64,000 nucleotides of DNA, from positions 1 through 64,000 of the IMG/VR virus record IMGVR_UViG_3300015261_000002, one strand, 5' to 3'. Made by a program: the position numbers and the translations under genes. This document shows positions 55,463 to 64,000 of the stretch, piece after piece. The notes under the pieces are model-generated. The model did no database searches and had not been told where the DNA came from. It was given only the letters and a program-made list of their open reading frames with translations. Position 1 is the stretch's first letter. Each line of letters starts with the position of its first letter.

Positions 55463-56806
55463 ATGAGCGTTACAATGTTTTTGTCTTTCGGCAGTATTTC
55501 ACCACTTTATAACAACAATCCCGAGAATGCCGCCCCACTGGGAGAGCTCTCTAACAAATCCAGGAGCTATCAGAAAGATCCTGGTACCTTTACCCGTACT
55601 GATGTTGCTACGGTTACTGAACTGGTTAACTTCCTCAGCATTACCGATGAAGTTGAAGTCAAGATGCCTACCAGCATTGCGCTGGTACAGATCGGTATCA
55701 GTGACTGGTTGTACGCACAGGCGAAGTTGGGCAACATTACCAGCAGTCGTCCAAACACGCTAGCTCTTTTGAAGGCAAACTTTTCCAACAACATCGATAT
55801 TACTGATGTTGGTGAAATGGTTACCGACAATGCCATCTGGATGCCAAGTTTCGTACAAGGCGCCCATCTGGTAAACGGCGAGCGTCAAGAGTTCTACCTG
55901 TGGTTTGCTGACGCTTACTTCCAGGATCAATTCCCCCGGGTTAAGTTCACCGCAGTGCATCCGCTTCCTCTTGAGGAAATGGACTTCCTGATGAACGCCA
56001 ACTACAAGCAGATTGAAGCCCGCTTGTTGATGGAAACCCCAAAGGTTATCGAAGACCGCCTGAAGACCCTGAACAGCGACAGTGCATGGCCCTATACCGA
56101 CCGGGATGTGTTGGAGTTCCAGATCATGGACCTCATTAACACCCCAAGCTTCAACGTCGGTAGCTGGACCTACATCTGGTGGGGTAACGGCAAAGACGCC
56201 GAAGATCAACTCTTCGATCAACTCCAAAAGGAGATTCTCGACAATTCCGAGTACCCACGTTCGCGTTGGGAAGAGAAGATCCCGGATCTGTTCAACCCGC
56301 TCGAGTTCTACGTCATCCCAAGCTTCGACCGCTATGGTCTGTTGAACAAGGCCAACGGTGCTAAGCAGTTCTCCCCTATCACCGATCGTGAAACCATGAT
56401 GGTGTTGGTGGACAAGTACCTGACGCCGAACATGACGAGTGACCACGTCATAAAATCCATGCAGATGGTTCCGTTCATGTACAAGTCGCTCAACTGTGCC
56501 TTTGTGGCGAAGTTGAATAACCGTGCAGGCATGGAAAAGATCACAGCGCTGTTCCCGGATTACTCGCTGATTTCTCCACTCGATCCAGACTTCGGTCTGA
56601 TCTCCGATGTAACGATGGACTTCATTCGTCGTATGGAAGATCTGCTGGCTGCTGCTGAAACGGTTACCCCGATCAGTCTGCCGCCTCAGGGTATCACCCG
56701 AGTAGAACGGTTCGGCAAGGTTTACGTGGCTCGTCGTATTGGCAAGGTGAAGATCCTGGTCTTGACGCGTTATCAAATGCTGCAAGACGGTGTAGTGAGT
56801 AACTAA
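55463..56806 (+). CDS. Virion structural protein (phiKZ gp157-like by synteny)
   Basis: RBS GAGG; LGELS and IPDLF..EFYVIP motifs. Confidence 0.65.
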   Translation: MSVTMFLSFGSISPLYNNNPENAAPLGELSNKSRSYQKDPGTFTRTDVATVTELVNFLSITDEVEVKMPTSIALVQIGISDWLYAQAKLGNITSSRPNTLALLKANFSNNIDITDVGEMVTDNAIWMPSFVQGAHLVNGERQEFYLWFADAYFQDQFPRVKFTAVHPLPLEEMDFLMNANYKQIEARLLMETPKVIEDRLKTLNSDSAWPYTDRDVLEFQIMDLINTPSFNVGSWTYIWWGNGKDAEDQLFDQLQKEILDNSEYPRSRWEEKIPDLFNPLEFYVIPSFDRYGLLNKANGAKQFSPITDRETMMVLVDKYLTPNMTSDHVIKSMQMVPFMYKSLNCAFVAKLNNRAGMEKITALFPDYSLISPLDPDFGLISDVTMDFIRRMEDLLAAAETVTPISLPPQGITRVERFGKVYVARRIGKVKILVLTRYQMLQDGVVSN

Positions 56807-56808
56807 CC

Positions 56809-57549
56809 ATGGCAGATCAAAACCTGATCCCGGCTATTAATGCCGCGGGTCGCTTCGAAGCGGCAGCGCCTTTCAATGCTGTCGTTAACCAGGATGTCTA
56901 CTACACAGTAGAGGCCACCCGAACCATCCACGAGATGGAAGGTGCCAAGCTGGATATGTACAGCCTGGTCTTTCAACCGGTGGGGGTTTCACCCGAAGAC
57001 TTCCCAGTTGTGCTGAAACGAGCCAAAGATGCCGGAGCTATTATCTGCGCGTTGCTGGACCGTAACGGTACTCCGGTTTATGTACCCTCCACCTACCTGA
57101 CGTCGTTCCCGATGGTAGATGGTGTGTCGTATGAGCGTATGTGCATGATCGCTGATCTGGGTCCTGTGCCGCCGTCCATGCGTGAAGCAATGCAACAGGT
57201 ACTGGATCACACCAACCAGTACATCGCTGCCACCATGGGTATCACCTCTACCGTAAGACTGGGGACGATTCCAACGGTCGGGTATGTCAGTCAGAACCAA
57301 GCCGATGCTTACGAGAACACGCGTAAGGAAAACATCACCGACAGCAGTAATGATGTCGCCAAGGTAAGAGCACTGACTCAACAGGCCGCTTCGAAGGATG
57401 CATACATTTCGAAACTGGAGGCCGACCTGATCGGTACGAAGAACACCTTGACCACCACCCAGGCAAAACTTACCGCCACGCAAGCAGCTTTGGCCAGTGC
57501 AAACGAGGCGTTGGTAGCGGCTGGGTTACCCGCGATACCAGTACCCTGA
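56809..57549 (+). CDS. Conserved protein with a C-terminal coiled-coil extension
   Basis: Operonic; YVPSTYL..FP and DLGP motifs. Confidence 0.7.
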   Translation: MADQNLIPAINAAGRFEAAAPFNAVVNQDVYYTVEATRTIHEMEGAKLDMYSLVFQPVGVSPEDFPVVLKRAKDAGAIICALLDRNGTPVYVPSTYLTSFPMVDGVSYERMCMIADLGPVPPSMREAMQQVLDHTNQYIAATMGITSTVRLGTIPTVGYVSQNQADAYENTRKENITDSSNDVAKVRALTQQAASKDAYISKLEADLIGTKNTLTTTQAKLTATQAALASANEALVAAGLPAIPVP

Positions 57550-57550
57550 A

Positions 57551-57594
57551 GCAGCCATAACGCCTCTAACAGCCCTTGTGGGGGCTGTTAGAGG
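57551..57594. terminator. 13-bp stem-loop at a convergent junction, preceded by GCAGCCATA
   Basis: CCTCTAACAGCCC-TTGTGG-GGGCTGTTAGAGG. Confidence 0.75.
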
Positions 57595-57604
57595 TAGTCG
57601 TGGT

Positions 57605-59332
57605 TTACACCTGACGAATCGATCCAACTTCAATGCCGTCATCGCCTTCAACTACCTGACGGTAGGTGTACGGTTTGATGTACGGGCACTGAACGTCGAG
57701 CAGATAGCCATAGACCGCATCGACAAAGCTTTGCGTGTAGCTGTTCAGGATCTGCTTCTTGAAGTCCAGCTCTTCGTTTTCGATCGGAGTCGGGCGACCT
57801 TCTTCGTGATACTCGTAAACGACCCACTCGTTCAGATCGAGACCGATGTTGCCGCCGTGAGCGGTCAGCTTCGTGATCACTTCGTTCGCCACTTCTTCCA
57901 TGTACTTGACGCCGTACGCTGGAGAGAAACCGTAGACACGGTTCAGGAAGTGACTCGACGCCATCAGTTGTTCTTTGAGGTTGGTGTCAAAGATCTCCTG
58001 AATCATCGGATGCGGGTTGATCATGTCGCGGTGCTTCTGGAACATGCGATTGATCTGGCGCGTGCCGTGGCTGATGCGCTTGACGTTGACCTGAACGGAC
58101 TTGCTGTACGAAGACCACTCGAAGATGTTGATCGGTTCATCACCGAGAACGATCTCCCCGGATTCAGGCAGACGAGGGTAAACGCGATCCAGCGCAACGT
58201 TCATCTCTTTCAGACCATTGACACCCTTGAAGCTCAGGTAGAGGTCGTGGTCTTTTTCCTTGACGAGGTCGGCCAGTTTCAGAGCGATACGGTTGAGTTC
58301 AGACAGACGACCACGGAGGTCTTCGTTCATGCGCTCGCAGACTTCTTTGACGAGGGTAAAGTCGCCATCTACGAGTTCATCGATCGGCTCTTTGCTGAAC
58401 GAGAGCGGGAAGAAGGACAGCGGCAACTCTATAGGCGCCTGGGTTACATTGAGGTTGAAACCCCGCTCGGAGTGACGACGTTGGTGGGTCCACTTCATCG
58501 GGTCTTCGCCTTCCATCTCGTAGAAGAAGACCGGAATGTCCTTGCTCCGAACAACAAACGAGCGCGACACTTCATCCACCTGGAAACGGAACCAGGTCAC
58601 TTCCTGATCGCCATCCATGCCGAGGTAACGGAAGATACGCAGATAGACAGGATACGTCAGGTCGATGCGGGGGTCGTGTGCCACTACGCTGAACGGCACA
58701 TCGGTAACCGCCATCATGAAGAAACGGATCAACGCGGCGGTAGTCTTTGGAAGACTGTCGTCACGGTTCGGGAAGATCTGCGGCAGCGAGTGCATTGCGT
58801 TGGCGAGCATGCCGGCGATGTTGGCTTCCTTGGTGCTACTGGCAAAGCTTTCCACCGGACCAACTTTAATCGTGGCGTCATCGGTACCTTCTTTTGGTGT
58901 GGTCATGTCCTTCAGAAGCTCACCGAAGCTTTCAGGGGAGTGCGTTTCAACAAGAACAGCATCACCCGCTTGATGCAGTACCTGAGCCTCGCCGTCGGCA
59001 ATAACGAGTTCACCTTTTTCATCACGTTCGTGAACTGGCTGTTCGTACGCCAATGGAACACGATCACCGGCTTCGTTGGTGGTCTCAACAGGCAGCTCCA
59101 TAACTTCTGCCAGTTTGTCCATGTGATTGTTCCAGTCGGTCAGCTGTACCGGGATACCTTCTGGCATCTTTTCGATGTAACCTTCTTTGGGAGCGTTAGC
59201 CCGAGTCTCTTCGACCAGCGTATGCCATTCTTCGTCAGTCCCAACAAAACCTTTTGCCACCGCATTTTCGTAGGAAGCGTCAGGGTGGACGTAACCAATG
59301 TCACCGCCTACATCTTTCTTTTCATCGCTCAT
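57605..59332 (-). CDS. Hypothetical protein (575 aa) with an acidic N-terminal region
   Basis: Long ORF with strong codon bias and RBS GAGGG. Confidence 0.8.
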   Translation of the reverse strand: MSDEKKDVGGDIGYVHPDASYENAVAKGFVGTDEEWHTLVEETRANAPKEGYIEKMPEGIPVQLTDWNNHMDKLAEVMELPVETTNEAGDRVPLAYEQPVHERDEKGELVIADGEAQVLHQAGDAVLVETHSPESFGELLKDMTTPKEGTDDATIKVGPVESFASSTKEANIAGMLANAMHSLPQIFPNRDDSLPKTTAALIRFFMMAVTDVPFSVVAHDPRIDLTYPVYLRIFRYLGMDGDQEVTWFRFQVDEVSRSFVVRSKDIPVFFYEMEGEDPMKWTHQRRHSERGFNLNVTQAPIELPLSFFPLSFSKEPIDELVDGDFTLVKEVCERMNEDLRGRLSELNRIALKLADLVKEKDHDLYLSFKGVNGLKEMNVALDRVYPRLPESGEIVLGDEPINIFEWSSYSKSVQVNVKRISHGTRQINRMFQKHRDMINPHPMIQEIFDTNLKEQLMASSHFLNRVYGFSPAYGVKYMEEVANEVITKLTAHGGNIGLDLNEWVVYEYHEEGRPTPIENEELDFKKQILNSYTQSFVDAVYGYLLDVQCPYIKPYTYRQVVEGDDGIEVGSIRQV

Positions 59333-59373
59333 CTTTTTCCCTCTTTTTAAATGGGTGCCATCGGAGGCAGTTC

Positions 59374-62217
59374 ATGCTTAACTTATTTTCAGTTGCTGTA
59401 AGGCAAACTGGGGTCTTTGTACATATCACAGGAGTTTCATACGGCGCCCTGTCACGAGATATCGAGAAGTTCTACAGCAGTTCATTGCTCACCAAATGGC
59501 AGATCCGCCGAGAGACCTGGGATTCCATCAAGGTTCATAACTTCTTTCTGGTAGAGCTGCACATCATCCTGGGTGAACTGCTAAAGGTTCGTAACCTCCG
59601 TAGTCGTCGTAGAGAGTTGGCAGAATTAAAACACCTGCTTGAAACGGAAACCTGGATCAAAGATACTGTCAATCCTGCTGGTAAGCGGTTCGACTTCAAA
59701 AAGCTGGATCGCTTCAACGTGGTTCCTTTCCCGAAACAGCGTGAGTTTCTGGAACAGTACCCCATCATCAAACAGAGCTATCACCTTAAAGGATTGTTGC
59801 TCGATGCCGCAGTGGGTAGCGGTAAGGCGATGCCACTGAACACGCAAGTCAAGGTGCCGGGTGGCTGGAAGCGTCTTGGCGACCTTAAGATAGGTGACCA
59901 GGTGATAGGACCCAAGGGTAACGTCGCTAACGTCACAGGTTACTTCCCTCAAGGTGTAACCGAGAGTTTCCGTTTTACCTTTGAAGACGGACGTACTGCT
60001 GACTCTCACCCATTGCATTTGTGGGAAGTGGCGGAGTCAGGATTTGACGGCAGTGGTAATGCGGTGGGTCAGACCCATGTGACCACGACAAAGGATATCG
60101 TGAATCACTTCGACCAGTTCAGTTACCACATCCCATTGGTAGGTGATGTCGGTGACAGTATTGAACCGTCAGCACTCGACCTGGAGCAGATCGCCACCGG
60201 GCTGCTGACTGCTGGTATACATATGGCCGACCCAGTGACAGAACTTTCCTACGTGGATCGTCGTCAGATCGCCAAGCACATGATCGAAAAGTCGGGCTGT
60301 CATTTGTCTGAGGTTGGGGTGTCAGTAATCACCGATAATGCCTACGGCGCCACAAACTTCCAGAAGCTCATGTGGAGCCTTGGGGGCGTCGCTAACCTCG
60401 AAACCTTTGGTGACCTGTTCAAGGTTAGCTTTAAGCACCGAGACATCGCCTGGCTCGTCGACAGCCTTGTATTGGAGTCCCTCGGTAACATCCTCGACGT
60501 TACCCAGTACATGAACCTGAAGTTGAAGCTGGTCGCCATCCAGCAGCAGCCGCAGATCGAAACCGCCTGCATCAGTATTGACAGTGAAGACTGCCTTTAC
60601 ATCGTTGACAACTGGATCGTCACGCACAACACCGTAACCTCGTTGATGTGGTCGATGCTTGTCAGTGATAACAAATGCATCATCGTCTGCCCTCTGAACA
60701 TCGTTGAAGAAGTTTGGCTGGGCAACATGAGGAAGCGCCTCAAAGAGATGCCGCGGGTATGGACGTCTACGTCAGGTCGTTTGTTAACGGACGATTACGA
60801 CTACTACATCATCCACTACGAATTCCTCCAGGGGAATCACTACGACCACATGCGTAAATGGTTTAACGAAGCCATGAAGCGCAACAAGAAGAAGTTCAGC
60901 TTGATCGTCGATGAGTCTCACAACTTTAACGACATCAAGTCTAAGCAGACTCGCCGGTTAGTAGAGTTGGCGGACGATGGGTTGTTCGAAGACTCCCTAC
61001 CGATGTCTGGGACACCGCTGAAGGCACTTGGGAGTGAGATCTACCCCATCACCTGCCTTATCGACAAACACTTCGACAAGCCGGCCAGAGAGTTCTTCAT
61101 GGCGAGCTATGGACGTAACCGTCCCGCGCTAATCTCGTTGTTGGCCAACCGTATCGGGCGTGGGAAGTTCTCCATTCCTGAACTGGCTGGTATGGGCGAT
61201 CCTCCTCCGTTTGAGATCATCAAGGTTAAAATCCCCGACGGGGATAAGTACACCCTGGAATCCATTCGCCTGGAGATGCAGAACTACATTGTGGAACGGT
61301 TCGCGTTCTACAGTAAGCACATGGCGCAGTTCATCGTGTTCTATAACGATGTAATTCAGCGCTATGAGTATTCGATCGCTAAACAACCCAAAGAACTTGC
61401 TGACCTGAAACGCTACAAGGCTATCGTTAACCGCTTCCGTACCCAGGGGTATAACAACTTCACGGACTCGGTCGACAGCGCCTTCTGCAAGGCTGTAGAG
61501 GAGGATATTGAACGTGGTCTAAAAGGTCCTGAGCTGGCTGAGTTCCGTAATGTGAAATCGGCCGTTAAGTACCTGGCGTTGAAGATCCGTGGTGAGGCGT
61601 TGGGTAATGTCTTGAGTCGTGCTCGTATCAATGCGATTAAAGACTTGATCGCGCACGCTGAACTGCCTAAGTACATCAACGACGTAGAGAAGAAAACCTT
61701 GATTTTTACCTCTTACGTCGAAGCCTTGAAACTCTCGGTAGACTACTTGGCTGCCCAGGGCTTTAAGCCTGTATCGGTGTACGGTGAGAACAGCAGTGAA
61801 CGTGACGCCACCGTCAAGCTGTTTGCCGAAGATCCAAAGATCAACCCGCTGACAGCCACGTACAACAGTCTGAAAGAAGGTTACCCGATGTTGATGGCTA
61901 ACCAGATCATTGGACTGGACTCCCCATTCAGGGAACATGAACTGCGACAAGTAAAAGGAAGGATCTGGCGCACCGGTCAGGATGCCGCCCAGTGTTTCTT
62001 CCGTATGCTGGATATGGATACCGGAGATAAGCTCAACATCACCACGCGCAGTCTGGACATCCTGGCCTGGAGTAAAGAACAGGTAGATGCCTTGATGGGT
62101 CGCATGGAAGGTCACGTGGCGTTTGCTAACGTAACCGGTGAGGAGTGTCTCGATATCAGCGAAGAATTAATCGGTCGTCCGTTGAAGATGACTAACAGTG
62201 TTCTCTCACTCTTTTAA
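59374..62217 (+). CDS. SF2 (SNF2-like) helicase containing an intein
   Basis: GSGK|T, VDESH, MSGTP and GRIWRTGQ motifs; RBS GGAGG before MLNLFS. Confidence 0.88.
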   Translation: MLNLFSVAVRQTGVFVHITGVSYGALSRDIEKFYSSSLLTKWQIRRETWDSIKVHNFFLVELHIILGELLKVRNLRSRRRELAELKHLLETETWIKDTVNPAGKRFDFKKLDRFNVVPFPKQREFLEQYPIIKQSYHLKGLLLDAAVGSGKAMPLNTQVKVPGGWKRLGDLKIGDQVIGPKGNVANVTGYFPQGVTESFRFTFEDGRTADSHPLHLWEVAESGFDGSGNAVGQTHVTTTKDIVNHFDQFSYHIPLVGDVGDSIEPSALDLEQIATGLLTAGIHMADPVTELSYVDRRQIAKHMIEKSGCHLSEVGVSVITDNAYGATNFQKLMWSLGGVANLETFGDLFKVSFKHRDIAWLVDSLVLESLGNILDVTQYMNLKLKLVAIQQQPQIETACISIDSEDCLYIVDNWIVTHNTVTSLMWSMLVSDNKCIIVCPLNIVEEVWLGNMRKRLKEMPRVWTSTSGRLLTDDYDYYIIHYEFLQGNHYDHMRKWFNEAMKRNKKKFSLIVDESHNFNDIKSKQTRRLVELADDGLFEDSLPMSGTPLKALGSEIYPITCLIDKHFDKPAREFFMASYGRNRPALISLLANRIGRGKFSIPELAGMGDPPPFEIIKVKIPDGDKYTLESIRLEMQNYIVERFAFYSKHMAQFIVFYNDVIQRYEYSIAKQPKELADLKRYKAIVNRFRTQGYNNFTDSVDSAFCKAVEEDIERGLKGPELAEFRNVKSAVKYLALKIRGEALGNVLSRARINAIKDLIAHAELPKYINDVEKKTLIFTSYVEALKLSVDYLAAQGFKPVSVYGENSSERDATVKLFAEDPKINPLTATYNSLKEGYPMLMANQIIGLDSPFREHELRQVKGRIWRTGQDAAQCFFRMLDMDTGDKLNITTRSLDILAWSKEQVDALMGRMEGHVAFANVTGEECLDISEELIGRPLKMTNSVLSLF
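59827..60630 (+). mobile_element. 268-aa class-3-type intein (Ala1) with a decayed endonuclease region
   Basis: AMPLNTQV..PGGWKRLGDL...LHLW...TACISID...VTHN|T, inserted in Walker A. Confidence 0.9.
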
Positions 62218-62230
62218 GGGAAGATCCGTT

Positions 62231-63229
62231 ATGTATGAAGAAGTTCCAGAAGTAAGTCACGTTGAAGCTGTCATGGACGGCATGCTGGACAGCCTGAGCG
62301 GTAATGAGAGCCTCGATCTCACTCAGGCCCAGCGTTACCTTGCCGGTGTGCTTGAATCGGCTGACATGGTGCGTTGGAGCGTTCAGGGTACTGAAGGTTT
62401 CTTCAGTTCGATTGGCGATGGTCTCAAAGCTGCATGGGACTACGTCATGAAGATGTTCAAATCCGTCTACGACTTCTTCTTTGGCAAGAAGAACAAGGAA
62501 GACTCTGATGCAGCCAAGTCAAGCGTGAAAGACGCCAGCTCGGCTATCAAGGAGGTTGAGTCTCCTGAGGTGACCGAACAGAACGCACAGGCTGTCCTCA
62601 AACAAGTCGAAAAGAAAATCGACAAACTTCCAGAGTCCGCAAAGAAAAAGGAACTCAAGAAGAAGGTTGAAAATGCGAAGGCTGATCCAGCCAAAGCAAA
62701 AGCAGCTGCGCCTGGCCTGATCAAGGAAGTCTACGACGAGAGCATGATTGACCTGCCGCGGATGAACGCTGTGGCTAAAAAGTTCAACCAGCTCTATACC
62801 GACCTCCTGAAACGTAAAGACGAATACAAGGCCCATGTCGGTGCTGGTGACCGTCAAGTGTTAGGCCACGCCCTCGAGCAATTCCTGAACGGGTTTACCG
62901 GTCTCAAGGAACCGCGTAAAGGTCTGGCTGAATCGAAGGCGTGGCTCACCTGGGCTGGTCGTTGCCTGGAAGCCACCGATAACAGCCTGCTGACCATCAA
63001 GGCCATGAAGTCCGAGCACGAACATGCCATCAAGGATGTTCAAGCGAAGATCGACGGGCTTCAGAAGAGCCAACATACCAAGCAGGAGCTGGTGGCAGAA
63101 ATTGCTGACCTCAAGCGTGTGATGGCCACCATCGTGACGGTTATCAAGATCGCAGATGAAACGCGGGATTGCATCCGTCTGATGGCGAAGGATATCGAAT
63201 CCTGCTGCGTGAAAACGAAAGAAAATTAA
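62231..63229 (+). CDS. Probable internal head protein (propeptide-type)
   Basis: G-N-E and G-T-E candidate protease sites, then an amphipathic helix (AAWDYVMKMFKSVYDFF) and coiled coil. Confidence 0.65.
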   Translation: MYEEVPEVSHVEAVMDGMLDSLSGNESLDLTQAQRYLAGVLESADMVRWSVQGTEGFFSSIGDGLKAAWDYVMKMFKSVYDFFFGKKNKEDSDAAKSSVKDASSAIKEVESPEVTEQNAQAVLKQVEKKIDKLPESAKKKELKKKVENAKADPAKAKAAAPGLIKEVYDESMIDLPRMNAVAKKFNQLYTDLLKRKDEYKAHVGAGDRQVLGHALEQFLNGFTGLKEPRKGLAESKAWLTWAGRCLEATDNSLLTIKAMKSEHEHAIKDVQAKIDGLQKSQHTKQELVAEIADLKRVMATIVTVIKIADETRDCIRLMAKDIESCCVKTKEN

Positions 63230-63230
63230 A

Positions 63231-63272
63231 AGCCATAGTACCCTACCTAACCCACATGGGTTAGGTAGGGTA
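63231..63272. terminator. 15-bp stem-loop at a convergent junction, preceded by AGCCATA
   Basis: TACCCTACCTAACCC-ACAT-GGGTTAGGTAGGGTA. Confidence 0.78.
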
Positions 63273-63279
63273 TAACGGT

Positions 63280-63546
63280 TCACCAATTATCGATCGGACC
63301 GTAAAAGCCAACGTAGATTGCAACAGCTTTATCGATGTCTCGTTGTGTTTCTGCTGCCATCTGCCGAGCTGTGAAAGAATCCGCTGGATTCTCCAACTGA
63401 TGGACAAGATCCGCAAAACACTTTTTAGTGAACTCAAGTTGCTCAATGTGCTTGAGCATTCTGAGCTTCCTCTCCAGGTCTACGGCTCTTTGCTTACGGC
63501 AGTTAATCGCAGACGTGTTTCGGAATAACGGAAGAACTTGTCCCAT
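63280..63546 (-). CDS. Hypothetical protein (88 aa)
   Basis: RBS GAGGT. Confidence 0.7.
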   Translation of the reverse strand: MGQVLPLFRNTSAINCRKQRAVDLERKLRMLKHIEQLEFTKKCFADLVHQLENPADSFTARQMAAETQRDIDKAVAIYVGFYGPIDNW

Positions 63547-63573
63547 GTCGCACCTCGGTTAGTTAGCGGTTAA

Positions 63574-63879
63574 TTATTCATCCTTCTCGTAGTGGTATTC
63601 AAACCAATAATCCGGGAAGGCACCATCAGGAAGAATATGCACTTCGGTTTCCCCCAGATAACCAATCAGGCCCATTGCGCAGGTATCCGGATCGGCCTTC
63701 TTTTTCTTCTCTGGATAAAGGGTTACCCCACTCGCCAAAGTGAACTGACGTTTGAACTCACGGTCTTGCTGAATACGATCATTCAGAGATTTTGTCCCGT
63801 AAATTGCCGACGACTTCAAGTGCAACGCCAAGCGCAGATAGTGGGTGCTTGTCGGTTTACTGTCTTTGATCACAGCCAT
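63574..63879 (-). CDS. Hypothetical protein (101 aa)
   Basis: RBS GAGGT. Confidence 0.7.
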   Translation of the reverse strand: MAVIKDSKPTSTHYLRLALHLKSSAIYGTKSLNDRIQQDREFKRQFTLASGVTLYPEKKKKADPDTCAMGLIGYLGETEVHILPDGAFPDYWFEYHYEKDE

Positions 63880-63890
63880 GGACTACGACC

Positions 63891-64000
63891 TCAATGTAAT
63901 GAACGTGTTGGATTGGCGGTGGCTTTCTTCATTGCCGCCGTAACCAAACTGTTCGTGTAGTTCTGATCTTCGTTCATGAGTTTGAGCAGAGAAGGACTGG
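63891..64000 (-). CDS. 3' end of a gene running off the window (...MNEDQNY...TRSLH*)
   Basis: Open minus-strand frame ending in TGA at 63891, just before the next RBS. Confidence 0.5.
   Translation of the reverse strand, partial: SPSLLKLMNEDQNYTNSLVTAAMKKATANPTRSLH

Noticed and set aside
57578-59350. 590-aa plus-strand ORF
   Set aside because: It starts inside a hairpin and mirrors the 575-aa minus-strand gene.
1-64000. CRISPR array, tRNA, rRNA or group I intron
   Set aside because: No regularly spaced repeats, cloverleafs or interrupted core genes were seen by eye, and intergenic gaps are short. tRNAscan/Infernal were not run.

Overview
This 64 kb window is densely coding and comes from a phiKZ-related jumbo myovirus, most likely infecting Pseudomonas. 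Gene order resembles phages EL and SPN3US; all assignments come from recognised motifs and recalled synteny, not database searches. Core content is the large terminase, three conserved virion genes, tail sheath and tube, prohead protease, four virion RNA polymerase subunits, a modular endolysin, a 2669-aa tail protein with GH19 and M15-like peptidoglycan-hydrolase domains, a UvsX/RecA-like protein, an RNase H-like protein and an SF2 helicase. Accessory blocks lie at about 0.7-2.5 kb, 14.7-25.1 kb and 46.9-50.9 kb. The most notable observations are: (1) two class-3-type inteins inserted in Walker A motifs, one starting with Tyr in the essential terminase; (2) long stem-loops without a U-tract at all seven convergent gene junctions, with compensatory base changes and a flanking GCAGCNATA motif; (3) several nucleotide-enzyme folds that appear to have lost their catalytic residues (second Tmk, HD, RNase H, QueC-like), which may act as decoys or binders; (4) a host-like PL7 alginate lyase. 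I saw no tRNA, rRNA or CRISPR array.
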